Below, piece after piece: positions 30,016 through 40,763 of a DNA stretch of 64,000 nt (within the stretch, counting starts at the first letter, position 1; each line of letters starts with the position of its first letter). The position numbers and the translations under genes are program-made. This DNA is from an uncultured Chloroflexia bacterium. GTDB taxonomy: Bacteria > Chloroflexota > Anaerolineae > CG2-30-64-16. The stretch covers positions 736,001-800,000 of the forward strand of contig CAVZDU010000002.1 of NCBI GenBank assembly GCA_963774265.1, in the 5' to 3' direction. The notes under the pieces were generated by a model that was given only the letters and a program-made list of their open reading frames with translations, was not told the origin of the DNA and ran no database searches.

Positions 30016-33000
30016 ATGCCGGACCAAGCGCCACGCTACGAAGTCTTCCTGTCGCACAACAGCGCCGATAAAGCGGCCGTTGAGGACATCGCGCGCCGGC
30101 TGATCGCGGCTGGCCTCCAGCCTTTTCTGGACCAGTGGCACCTGATCCCTGGCCAGCCGTGGATGGAAAGTGTAGAGAACGCACTGGCGGATAGCGCGAG
30201 CGTAGCCATCTTCGTTGGACCGTCGGGGATCAGCCCGTGGCACAACGAGGAGATGCGCGCGGCGCTCGATGAAGCGGTCCGCACGCGCGACGACTATCGG
30301 GTGATTCCTGTGCTCCTGCCCGGCGCTGACGAGACTGCGGTGGCACGTTTCCTGGCGCGACGGACATGGGTGGATTTCCGCGCCGGGCTCGACGACACCG
30401 AAGCCTTTCAACGCCTGGTCGCGGGCATCCAGGGCCAGGCTATTGACATCGGCCAATACCGGCTGCCCGATGAGCCGGCACCCTACCGCGGCCTGCTCCC
30501 CTTTGAGGCAGAGCACGCCCGCTTCTTCTTCGGCCGCGACGCTGATATTGCGAGACTGATAGAGAAGCTAGGGCGGCAGTCCTTCGTTGCTGTCGTAGGT
30601 GCGTCGGGCAGCGGCAAATCCTCCCTGGTCAAAGCTGGTCTGTTGCCCAGACTGAAAGCCAACGCCTTGACCGACAGTGGACGCTGGCATGTATTGACGA
30701 TGACTCCAGGCAGCCAGCCGCTCCCGCGCGTTGGCCGGTCAGCTTGCCACCTTCGTGCCCCCGCTCGACCGGCCGGACGCGGCCGACAAACTGGCCAGCC
30801 GCCTGGCCGAGCGGACAGACGGCTTGCGCACAACCCTGACCGCCTTGCTGGCCGATAAGCCGCGCCCTGCCCTGCTCTTCGTGGACCAGTTCGAGGAGCT
30901 TTTCACCCTCTGCCGCGGACGGGCCGGAGCACTGCCGAATGGCGGCCGAGCAGTTCATCGCCAACCTGGCCGATGCCGCGGAGCGGGGCGACGGCCAGAT
31001 TCGAGTCGTCCTCACCCTCCGCGCCGATTTCCTCGACCGCTGCCTGGCCTACCCTGACCTGCGTAAGTTGTTGGAAGATCGCCAACTGCTGCTGGGTCCC
31101 CTGGCCCAAGCCGATCTGCGCGACGCCATCGTGCGTCCCGCCCAACAGGTCGGCGCGTTCCTGGAAAAGGGCCTGGTCAATGCCATCCTGGCTGACGTCG
31201 GCGACGAGCCGGGCAACCTGCCACTGGTGCAGCACGCCCTCCACGAGCTGTGGCTGGCCCGCCGCGGCCCGTGGCTGACCCTGGACGCCTACGAGGCCAG
31301 CGGCGGCGTGGCGGGGGCGCTCGGTCGCCGCGCTCAGGCCACCTACGATGCCCTGCCACCAGAACAGCAGATCATCGCGCGCAACATCCTCCTGCGCCTT
31401 GCCACGCTAGGCGAAGGAGTCAGCGACACCCGGCGGCGGGCCGAGCGCGCGGAACTCTACCCGGTTGGCGTCGATCCGGCGCAGGTCAATGCCGTCATCC
31501 AAGCACTCTCGGGGCCGGACGCGCGCCTGCTTGTGACCGATGAAGACACCGTTGACATGGCCCACGAGGCGCTGATCCAGGGGTGGAGCGCCTTACGCGG
31601 CTGGCTCGAGGCGAGTCGTGAAGCGTTGCGCACGCAGCACCGGCTGACGGAGGCGGCCAACGAGTGGGGACGCGATCGAGACGAAAGCTACCTCTACCGT
31701 GGCGTACGGTTGGCAGAGATTGAGGAATGGGCCGCAGTGCACGGCCGCGGGATGAACGCGCTGGAAGCGGAATTTGTCCGGATAAGCGTTGCGATGCGTG
31801 ATCGCGAAGCCCTGCGTGAAGATGAACGTCGGCGACGCGAATTGGAGCAGGCGCAAGCCCTGGCCCGTGAGCAACAGCAACGGGCAGAGGCCCAGAAAGC
31901 TTCAGCGATACGCCTGCGCCAGCGCGCCTTGCTGGCGGGCATGATCGGCTTAGTCGCATTGGTCTTTGCGTTCTTTGCGATCAGATTTGGTCTGCAGGCG
32001 CAGGCCAATGCCAACCGAGCGCGCACGCTTGAGCAATATGCAAATGAAAAAGCGGATGACTTGCAAGTCGCCCTCGTCGGAGAGCGGGAAGCTCTCATTC
32101 GAGAGCAGGATGCTCTCTCCCAGACAGTGAAGACTCTGGACCTCCTCAGCACTCGTGAAGTTGAGGCGCGCGCGGCGCAAGCGACTGCTGAATTCGCGAG
32201 AGTTGAGGAGGCTGAGGCCCGTGAGATGGCGGTAGACGAGCGCAACCGCGCCGAAGAACAGGTGCGCGTGGCCCGCAGCCGCCAGTTCGCCACCTATGCT
32301 GAAGCGGCATGGCCGGCTCTGCCCCAGCGCAGCCTGCTGCTCGGGGTCGAGGCGCTCCGCCAGACGCTGGATGCGGGGGAGCCGTCCGTCCCCGCGGCCG
32401 AAGACGTGGTGCGCCAGGCGCTGGTTAGCTTTAGCGGCCAGACCCTGGGCGGCCACCAGGGCGGCGTTACCGTCGCGGCCATTAGCCCTGACGGCCGCTG
32501 GTTGGCGTCCGGCGGCGGCAGCTTGTTCAGTCAAAAGGGTGATACTAACCTTCACTGGTGGGACCTTGAGGCCCCCGATCCGGCAGTCAGCCACCAGGTG
32601 ATCCCTTTGGGCGACGGTTTCCTGTATCATGCTCGCTTCAGCCCGGACGCGCATTGGCTGGTGGGCAGCACGTTGGAACGGCAGGAGAATGAGCTGCGTG
32701 TGGCATCGCATCTATGGAAAGTCAGCGCCGCCGGCCTGCGGTCCACGTCGTGGCTCTCGTCGACCCTACCGATCGCCTTTAGCGCCGACGGCCGATGGTT
32801 GGTCAGCAGCCAGGGCGGGCTGCTGGGCGGAGAATCCTCTGGCCTGCTCCTGTGGGACATGATGGCGGTACCCCCCACCTCCAACACGTTGATGTCAGCT
32901 CCCCTGACGGTCTTGTCCGGGTTTGAGACAGACCAGCGTTGGCTTGTGGCCAGCGGCGCGGACGGCCGGCTCTACCTGTGGGACCTCCTCGCGCTGAGCC

Positions 33001-34889
33001 CCACGGCTGCTCCGGTCTCGCTGCCGGCTATGGGGGAAGTGAAGCAGGTTGCGGCCAGCCGCGATGGCCGGTGGCTGGCCGCGAGCCGTGCGGCTGGTCC
33101 GGTACACGTCTGGAATCTGGCCCGGCCGGATGCTCCCCCGACTGCCCTGGATGCCGGCATAGAAGTGGATAAGCTCGCGTTCAGCCCGAACGGCCGTTGG
33201 CTGCTCGTCCAGCCGCAGGAAGGCAGCATCTCGCTGTGGCGCCTGGAAGATCCTGGCCCCGTCTCGCCATCGCTGCTGCTATCCGGCCGGTTCTATGGCA
33301 GCCTCCAGATTGCCTTCAGCCCTGATAGCCGCTGGCTGGCGGTAGCCGTCATGGGGGTCGCGCCTCGCGTCTTGGATATGAGAGCCCCGGACCCGCCTGC
33401 CAGCGAGCTCGTGCTGACCGGCCAGTCGTGCGGGGGGCTGCTCGTCATCAGCGCGGACAGCCGTTGGTTGGTGGCTGTCGACGGCGCCCAAACCTGCATC
33501 TGGGACCTTGCCGCGAACCTCTCCGGCCAGGACCCGGTCGTCCTGCGCGGCCGGGAATCCAGCAACATGTCGCCATCGATCAGCCAGGCTGGTCGATGGC
33601 TGGCGGTCGGCGGCAGTGGGATGGTGCAACTGCACGATCTCACGCAGCCTTTGCCTGTGCCGCCGGGCACACTGCGCAGCACCCACCGCTCGGATATCGA
33701 ATGGTTCGGCGTCACCCAGGACGGCCACTGGCTGGTCACGGCCGACGACTATGACACGCGGCTTTGGGATTTGACCGGCCCGGCCATCTCGCGCGTCATC
33801 ACCACCACCACCGGCTACGGCAATAAGTCCCCCACCCTCAGCCCGGATCGCCGCTGGCTGATCTTCGAGGGGGCCGACGGCGCCATCTATCGCACGGACA
33901 TGCAGGCAGCCGATCCGGTTGCCGGCATAGGTAAGCTCTCCGGCCCCGTCAGCAACGTCCAGCGCATCCACGTCGACCGTGATAGCCGGGAGATCGTGGC
34001 TCTGGCGGCCGACGCGAAGCTCTATCGCTGGCGGCTCGCCGAGCCCGACCGTCAGCCCGAGGTCCAGGCCCTGCCCGGCGGTGACAGCAGCATCGGTGAC
34101 TCGCGGATAAGCCCCGACAACCGCTGGGTCGTCATGGGATTCCGCGTGCCCGTGCTCTTCGTCGGCGTCGCCAATCAGACGCTGCTGTGGGATACGGACG
34201 CCGCGGCGGGCGCTGGCCCCTACAATGTCAAGGCGGAGCAATCGGCCACCAGCGCCGTGGCCTTCAGCGCCGACAGCCGCACCCTGTTCACCGCCAGCAC
34301 CGACGGCGCCGTGCGTGCCTGGGACTTGGCTGCGCCTGATCCAACGGTCGATCCGCGGCTGCTCCGGGGCAATCCCTACCTGGTGACCGCCCTGGCCGCC
34401 AGTCCCGACGGGCGCTGGCTGGTAGCCGGCACGGGCTGCCCGCTCATCATCGGGGAGTGCGATCACTCGGTTCGCCTCTGGGACCTGGCACTGGCTGATC
34501 CAGGCGCGCCGCCGCTGATCCTGCGGGGGCACGCGGCCGATATCCGGGGTCTGGCGTTCAGCAGCGACGGTCGCTGGCTGGTCACGGGAGATAGTAGCAG
34601 TGTTCTGCGCTTGTGGGACCTGGCCGCTGCGCAGCCCAGCGCCACCGTGCGCCAACTGCCGGGTGACGCGGGCGACGTGTCCTATTTTGCCTTCAGCGCG
34701 GACGATCTGACACTGATCAGCGCGAGCCAGGATGGCATCATCCGTTTTGCGCCCCTGCGCGCCGAATCTCTCCTCGCCGCGGCCTGCCGCGCTGTGGGCC
34801 GCAACCTGTCGGTCGAGGAGTGGCAGCGCTATTTCCCTAGCGAGGACTATCGTCCCACCTGCAGCCAATGGCCTGACGCGTTGTGGTGA
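30016..34889 (+). CDS. TIR - nSTAND1 NTPase - TM - WD40 repeat protein (frameshifts near 30728 and 30935)
   Basis: TIR (FLSHN, WHNEE); PYRGLLPF; GASGSGKSS; VDQFEELF; TLRADF; GNLPL; AHEAL; TM ALLAGMIGLVALVFAFFA; many xSPDGRWL/WD repeats; C-terminal CRAVGRNLSVEEWQRY. Confidence 0.9.
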
Positions 34890-34952
34890 TCTACCGCGGT
34901 GACGGTGGCGGAGAGGATCAGGCTACGAACCATCAACTGAGAGGGTCCGAAT

Positions 34953-35523
34953 ATGCCTATCGACCAGGGGTCAGCCGAGGATATGCACCTGAGGACGCAA
35001 CTGGACGAGCTGCAGCGGCGCTATGATGTCCTGACAAGACGCATCGCGGCTCTTGACATCGACATAGGTCGCGAATTGGACTCCGAGCGCAAGCTTATCC
35101 TTCAAGAGCGTCGAGCGGATCTGGAGGCTGAACGGGATCAAATCCTAAACGACCTGGTAGAATTGGATTCCGCCGTCCGCGATTCGCGACGGAGTGACAC
35201 GGTCGCGCCGCCGCGTCCTCACCCAACCTCTGCGCCAACAACTCGTGGACGCGGTTCTGCGGATTCCGGCATCCGATTCCTTTGAGGGAAGAACAGCGTT
35301 CGTGCTGGGCCTACCTGCATCACTGAGTCGCAGTCCCACCAACGCACGCGCGGACCTCGATGCGATCTTCGGGCAACTCGATGGACTGGGCCGGTTGGAT
35401 TCGGGTCAGTGGCCGCTGCTTGTGGTGATCGACAACATTCTGACCTATGCCCGTGGTTTCGAAGTTCACGGGATCATCAGCCAGGTCAGGCAGGGCCTGG
35501 AAGACGCCTACCGCGGCCATTGA
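34953..35523 (+). CDS. Coiled-coil + effector-associated-domain-like two-domain adaptor (probable frameshift near 35210)
   Basis: N-terminus LQRRYDVLTRRIAALDIDIGREL...LQERRADLEAERDQI is homologous to the C-terminus of 29269-30000. A second frame gives LRQQLVDAVLRIP...GRLDSGQWPLLVVIDN (helical, EAD-like). Confidence 0.65.
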
Positions 35524-35559
35524 TGTACGGTCAGCGGCGCGTACGCCTCCCGCCCGCGG

Positions 35560-35606
35560 TTGTATCGCACGATACGACTTCACGGTCATCCCACCTGGGC
35601 TATCAT
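35560..35606 (+). repeat. Conserved motif, copy B
   Basis: ttgtatcgcacgatacgacttcacggtcat, 27/30 identical to copy C. Confidence 0.75.
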
Positions 35607-35763
35607 GGCGACACTAATGTCGCCGCAGTCGGACGCCATCACACCCTGCACCTAACGTTGAGCCCAGGGCCACGTCCGCAAGGGCGGCGCCGCAGGCTCC
35701 CTGCGCATCGCCTGCCCAGATGCCTTTGTCAGCACCGCGACCCGCCCCCTGTGTATTCCCGTC

Positions 35764-35967
35764 TTAGTCGATGCCGTATCGGCGCAGGGTGCGGCGGACG
35801 GTGTTCGTGTGGACGCGTTCGGAGAGCGCGATTTGGCTGAGGGTGCGGCCGGCGGCGAAGGCGGCGAGGATCTGGCTCGGCTGCAGGAGGCCGGCGCGGG
35901 TGGCGAATGAGGGGGTGAGGGTGTAGGTGAACGAGAATTGTATCGTACGATACGCCTTTACGGTCAT
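35764..35967 (-). CDS. Small HTH protein
   Basis: ILAAFAAGRTLSQIALSERVHTNTVRRTLRRYGI. Confidence 0.55.
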   Translation of the reverse strand: MTVKAYRTIQFSFTYTLTPSFATRAGLLQPSQILAAFAAGRTLSQIALSERVHTNTVRRTLRRYGID

Positions 35968-35980
35968 AACGAGCTGTGAT
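35938..35980 (+). repeat. Conserved motif, copy C (interrupted by IS66)
   Basis: ttgtatcgtacgatacgcctttacggtcat, containing the palindrome GTATCGTACGATAC. Confidence 0.75.
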
Positions 35981-37429
35981 GTAACTGTTCAGCGTTGGGG
36001 TAAGGGAGTTTAGATGGGTGCGGGTGCGCAGGCGGTCTGGGGTAGTTGGAGGGCGCGCAGACACTCGGTCAGCGGATTCAGGCGGCGGGCCTGCCAGGTA
36101 CCGAACACACTGGCCAAGGTGAAGCGGGTATCGGTGCCGGCGGCGGAGCGCGAGCCGCCGCTGATTTTGCGCAGCACGACCAAGGGCCGAATGCTGCGCT
36201 CAGCCAGATTATTATCGGCTGGCACCTCCGGCAGGAGTACAAACTGAAATAACTCGTCTTGGTGGCGCAGCAGGCGTTTCGCCAGGACCGCACAGGGCTG
36301 GGCGGGCTCCAGCGCATACTGCTGACCCAGGACACAGGCGCGGGTGTGCAGGCGCAGATACTGCTGGGTCCGGGCCGCGGCGCTGGGCGTCGGGTGCTCG
36401 TGGAGCCAGGTCTGGGCGTCCTCGTAGAGTTGGCGGACGGCCGCGGCCCACGCCAGCACCTCCGCCGTCGCCCCGTGGGCCTCTTTGAGGGCATGCAGGT
36501 CGCGCAACAGATGCACCCAGCAGCGCTGATGGTGGCCGGGGATCGGGTTGTAGGCCGCATAGAAATCCGTGACCAGACAACCCCGCCAGTCGGGACCCAA
36601 GACCCGCTGCGGCACGAAGTGGCTGCGGCCGGGATCGTACGCGTAGTAGCGCACGGCCGCCGGACCTGCGGTCACAAAAGCCCAGGCCCAACCGTTCTGA
36701 CCGCACTCGCGCCAGCTCGTTTCGTCGCCATGCACTACCGGGCTGGCCTGTACGGCCCGTTTGAGTTGCTCCGCGAGCGGCTGCAAGTGCTGCTGGACAT
36801 CGTGCGCCAATTCGGCGATCTCCCCAATGCTGAGGTGCAGGCCATGCAGCGTCTGCAAGTAACTCTGCACCAGCCGCACCGGCAGTCGCAACGTCGTGCG
36901 CAAGTACGCCACCACGCTGGCGATGCGCACCCCAATCCGCCCCTGCCCAAATACCTGACCGCTCAGATCCAGTTGGGGGCTGCGCCAGCGCACACAGTGC
37001 GGACACCAGCGCTTCACCACCTGATGCTCGATCACTTCCACCGGCTGCGGCGGCGGCAACTCCACCACTTCACGGCTATAGTCGAGGCTCTCGCCGTGCA
37101 AAGGATACTGGCAGTCCGGACAGCGCGCCAACGCATGCCGCTCGACACGCGTCGCAACCATCCGCTTGCGCGACGTGTTGTGCTCGGCCGCGCGCTTCTT
37201 ACGCGGCGCGGGCGGGGTCTGAGCCTTCTGGCGATTCGGCTTTACGAACGCCGGCGGATCACCCCGCTGCTGCAGCTGCGCTTCCAGCTCATTGATCCGC
37301 GCTAGGGCGAGCGCTAACTGCTCCCGCAACTCGGCATTCGCCGCTCTCAGGCGCTCGAATGCCTGCTCTTCATCAAGGGTCATGCCCTAATCATGCCATA
37401 GCCTGTCAAGGGTAACGCTGAACAGTTAC
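35981..37429 (-). mobile_element. IS66-family element (single-ORF, ISBst12-like)
   Basis: Perfect 16-bp IRs GTAACTGTTCAGCGTT; 8-bp target duplication GCTGTGAT (35973-35980 and 37430-37437). Confidence 0.95.
36010..37383 (-). CDS. IS66 transposase
   Basis: Leucine zipper; CPDC/CPHC zinc finger; HGDET; QRCWVHLLR; DNNLAERSIR. Confidence 0.95.
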   Translation of the reverse strand: MTLDEEQAFERLRAANAELREQLALALARINELEAQLQQRGDPPAFVKPNRQKAQTPPAPRKKRAAEHNTSRKRMVATRVERHALARCPDCQYPLHGESLDYSREVVELPPPQPVEVIEHQVVKRWCPHCVRWRSPQLDLSGQVFGQGRIGVRIASVVAYLRTTLRLPVRLVQSYLQTLHGLHLSIGEIAELAHDVQQHLQPLAEQLKRAVQASPVVHGDETSWRECGQNGWAWAFVTAGPAAVRYYAYDPGRSHFVPQRVLGPDWRGCLVTDFYAAYNPIPGHHQRCWVHLLRDLHALKEAHGATAEVLAWAAAVRQLYEDAQTWLHEHPTPSAAARTQQYLRLHTRACVLGQQYALEPAQPCAVLAKRLLRHQDELFQFVLLPEVPADNNLAERSIRPLVVLRKISGGSRSAAGTDTRFTLASVFGTWQARRLNPLTECLRALQLPQTACAPAPI

Positions 37430-38086
37430 GCTGTGATAGCATGCCTAAGGTCGGACGATGTCATGTCTTGCACACAACCTCGATGCCCGGGGCAAGATCC
37501 TTGCGTGTGTGCCGCGCAACGTGCAGATTGAGGTTGACGAGCAGCTCATCACGGCCGTCAATTTCGTGATCGAAGCGAGAGAGTGGACACCGGCCGAGGA
37601 TGGAGGGCGAGCCGGCGCCGGACACAGCGAGACTGGGGACTAGTCAGGGAAACACCCTGCAAAATCCTGCGCTATGGTGGAGCGGAGAATCGCTCGCACG
37701 CAGATCGCTATGCCATAGCTCCTGCAAAAAGCGCCGGCCGACCTACGCGCCCGGCTGGAAGCCGTCACTACCAAGATGCCGCCAGACAGGACCGTAGTCA
37801 AGGGGATCCATGATGGCTACGACTTGATGCTGAATTGTTGCGGCAGGGCTGCACGCTTTCCACGACCGAACGCATCACATATCCGGGAACGGTATTCATG
37901 CCGAGGATTGATTGCTAAATCCGCGCTGGGTTTGTATCGGGAATCCAGCACTTCCCGGCCTGCATCAGGGGTGAGCGCGGACCACAGATTACCCCTGAGG
38001 ACGCGGTTGTCGCGGTGCAGAAAGCAGAAGCGGTTTCCGAATCGGCGCGAACGTGTCAGCCCATTGAACTCGGCAGGGCTTGACCC

Positions 38087-38121
38087 GCTGCTGGGGGCTG
38101 CTTCCATCAGCCCCCAGCAGC
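38087..38121. other. Perfect 14-bp hairpin
   Basis: GCTGCTGGGGGCTG-cttccat-CAGCCCCCAGCAGC, 7 bp before the next start codon. Confidence 0.7.
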
Positions 38122-38128
38122 TAAACAC

Positions 38129-38672
38129 GTGATCATTGACATAGACACAGTATTTGGCTTCTGGCCATCTCGGAACGTAGATATATCCCTGGTTCGTTTG
38201 ATCCAGGTGATGGAACAGCATGCCATCGGCTCTGCCTGCACTTGCTCAGCGCGTGGCGTGTGCTACCTCTACCTGGCTGGCAATGAAGAGACCATCGCCC
38301 AAACCCATGATAGGCCAGGACTGCTTCCAGTCCTGACTGTCGACCCTCGGCGTTACCTGGGCGTCCGTGATGAGATCCGGCGTCGCAAAGCAGAGGGTTA
38401 CCGGCTTTTTCGGCTCTTTCCGCAGTATCGCGGAGCACATTTATATCTCGACGCGTTTTATGATCGGCCCGGGATCGTTGGAGATCGCGGCTTCCGCACT
38501 CGGCTGGGAGCGACTGGTTTTTGGGTCGCATGCACCACTCGAGTATGTCGGTGCGGCATTGGACCTTGTCACCCATTCCGATCTGCCGGACATGCAAAAG
38601 CGAGCGATCTTGGGCGACAATGTGGCCAGGCTCCTGAATTCGGAAGGAGGAACCGCCAGTGAAGATCATTGA
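38129..38672 (+). pseudogene. Amidohydrolase-like paralog of 62377-63105 with an internal deletion
   Basis: Aligns to the paralog up to RLFRLFPQY, then resumes out of frame at HIYISTRF; about 60 codons missing. Confidence 0.8.
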
Positions 38673-39254
38673 TACTCACGGGCACCTTGGCCTGTGGCCA
38701 TTTCCTCAGGTCGATGTCTCGCCCGAACAAATGGTAGCAGGTCTAAAGAGGTCGGAAATCGCTCAGATCATTATCTCCTCCGGCTTGGCTATCGTCTATG
38801 ATTTTCGCGAAGGGAACCGTCGCTTAGCCGATGAAATAGAGCCACATCCTGAGCTCTTTGGGTACGTCACGCTCAATATGAACTACCCGAAGGAGGGTGA
38901 AGGTGAGCTAGACTTGTACCTTGAGCGATCCAAGTTCGTGGGGGCCGAGATCCATCCTATGTGCGCGCAATGGCGCACATGGGCGGAGATGTCTGGGCCG
39001 AGGGGATAGCAGTAGCGAGCGAAGCGCCCAACATCTATCTGGATCCTTGCGCGTCCTGGGCCGATGCCGACAAGATCAGTTTGGCTGTCAAATCGCTTGG
39101 CGCTGACCGCATGCTCTTCGGGTCGGATTATACCCTTTTCGATCCTAACCAAACCCTTGGTATGCTGCGAGATGCTGATCTGACACCACAGCAGCGAGAT
39201 GCGATTGCGCATGGTAATGCCGAGCGTCTTTTCACGCTGCCTGATGTAGGTTGA
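38659..39254 (+). pseudogene. Amidohydrolase paralog of 61653-62390 with an internal deletion
   Basis: IIDTHGHLG...GAEIHPM jumps out of frame to MAHMGGD; about 50 codons missing. Confidence 0.8.
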
Positions 39255-39273
39255 GGGAGAGTCCTGAGAATCC

Positions 39274-40558
39274 ATGACAAGCATCGATCTGCCGTATACC
39301 CCTGATCGTCACATCAACTTCACTCTGCCAAGCGGAATTCATGCCACAATCTGCGCACCCCATGTGCCATCGGTGCCTACAAATCCGAGGGCGCTTGTGG
39401 AACACGCGCTGGATAACCCGCTGCAAAGCAGTCGACTTGAGGCGCTGGTTTCGGCGCATGACCGGGTGCTGATTATCTGCGATGACAACACACGTCCCCT
39501 GCCAGCGCGTCTTGTACTGCTTCCCGTGTTGGCTCGCCTGAATAAGGCGGGGGTGCCTGATCGGCAGATAGAAGTTCTTTTTGCAGCCGGAACCCACCGG
39601 CCAATGTCGCCTCTTGAGATGCAGGACAAAGTGGGTGCCGAGGTCTTCGGGCGGACAGCGTGTCACAACCATGACGCGTTTGACCGTTCGCAGTTGCGAC
39701 ACTACGGCAGATTCTCTGGAAGGAGTGGATGTTTGGCTCAACAGCCGTGTGAGTGAGGCGTCGTTTGTGATGGCTGTTGGCAACATTGCCCCCCATGCGA
39801 TTGTCGGTTATGGGGGTGGAGCAAAAATCCTCTACCCGGGCGTGGCTGGCAGTGATACGATTGCAGGGTTCCACGTTACCTTCAGCCTAGATCCAATCAA
39901 CTATTATGGTTTTTTCCCGACACCGGCCCGAACCAGTATCCGTCATCTAGCCGACGTGGCTGGGCTTGAGTTTACTGTCAATACAGTGTTGACGGATAAC
40001 CGCGAGGTCGTAGATGTCTTTGCGGGCCAACATGAAGCTGTGCTCACGGCAGGTGTGGGGGTTGCGCGACATATCTACGGCATTCCTTCTTCCCGCCTGC
40101 ATGATGTGGTCGTAGTCAGCTCCTATCCCGGCTGGATCGATTTCTGGCAAGGCTGCCGCGGTGCCTTTGCCGGCGCCACCCTGGCGAAACCCGGGGGAGA
40201 CATTATAGTCGTCACAGCATGTCCTGAGGGTTCCTCCCATACTTATCCCAATCATCCAGACTATGTCGGAATGCCCACAGCCTTACTTGCAGACCATCTC
40301 CGATCTGGCGACTTGCCAGATCCAGTCTGCGCAGCTGGAGCGATCAAGGTTGGATACCTCCGCGAGCAGTACCGGGTATCGATTGTATCTGAGGGCTTGA
40401 AATCGGATGAGGTACGGCGCATGGGCTTTGATCGGTACCCCACCGTTGAAGCGGCGCTAGAGGTCGTTCTCTCCCGCCGAACCGACTTGAAGGAGATTGG
40501 AGTGATGCCTTATGGCGGCGCGTTCTGCTATCGCAATGCCTCGAACCCAAATCAGTAA
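39274..40558 (+). CDS. LarA-family nickel-pincer racemase/epimerase (frameshift near 39710)
   Basis: ALDNPL; DDNTRP; AAGTHRPM; PHAIVGYGGGAKILYPGVAG; CPEG; MPYGG. Confidence 0.85.
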
Positions 40559-40763
40559 AAGAGGAGTGTGTGATGGCAGCTGTCACGGCTTTGCTCCCTC
40601 TGAATGCATGGAAGATTGACCGCTCCAAGCCAGGCAGCGCCAGGACGCGAAGGTCGAGCTCTTGTGTGGTGAGATACTTGCACATCGCTGGCCCATGATG
40701 CGCCGGACCGTTGTTCCAGGACAGAGCGCCGTTTCAGCGCTTCAAAGTTCCGAAACAACCGTC

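Noticed and set aside
33279-34868. Long antisense ORFs (also 12053-13378 and 36259-37305)
   Set aside because: Shadow frames of high-GC genes on the opposite strand.
37440-38080. Short ORFs after IS66
   Set aside because: No recognisable motifs or RBS; probably decayed sequence.
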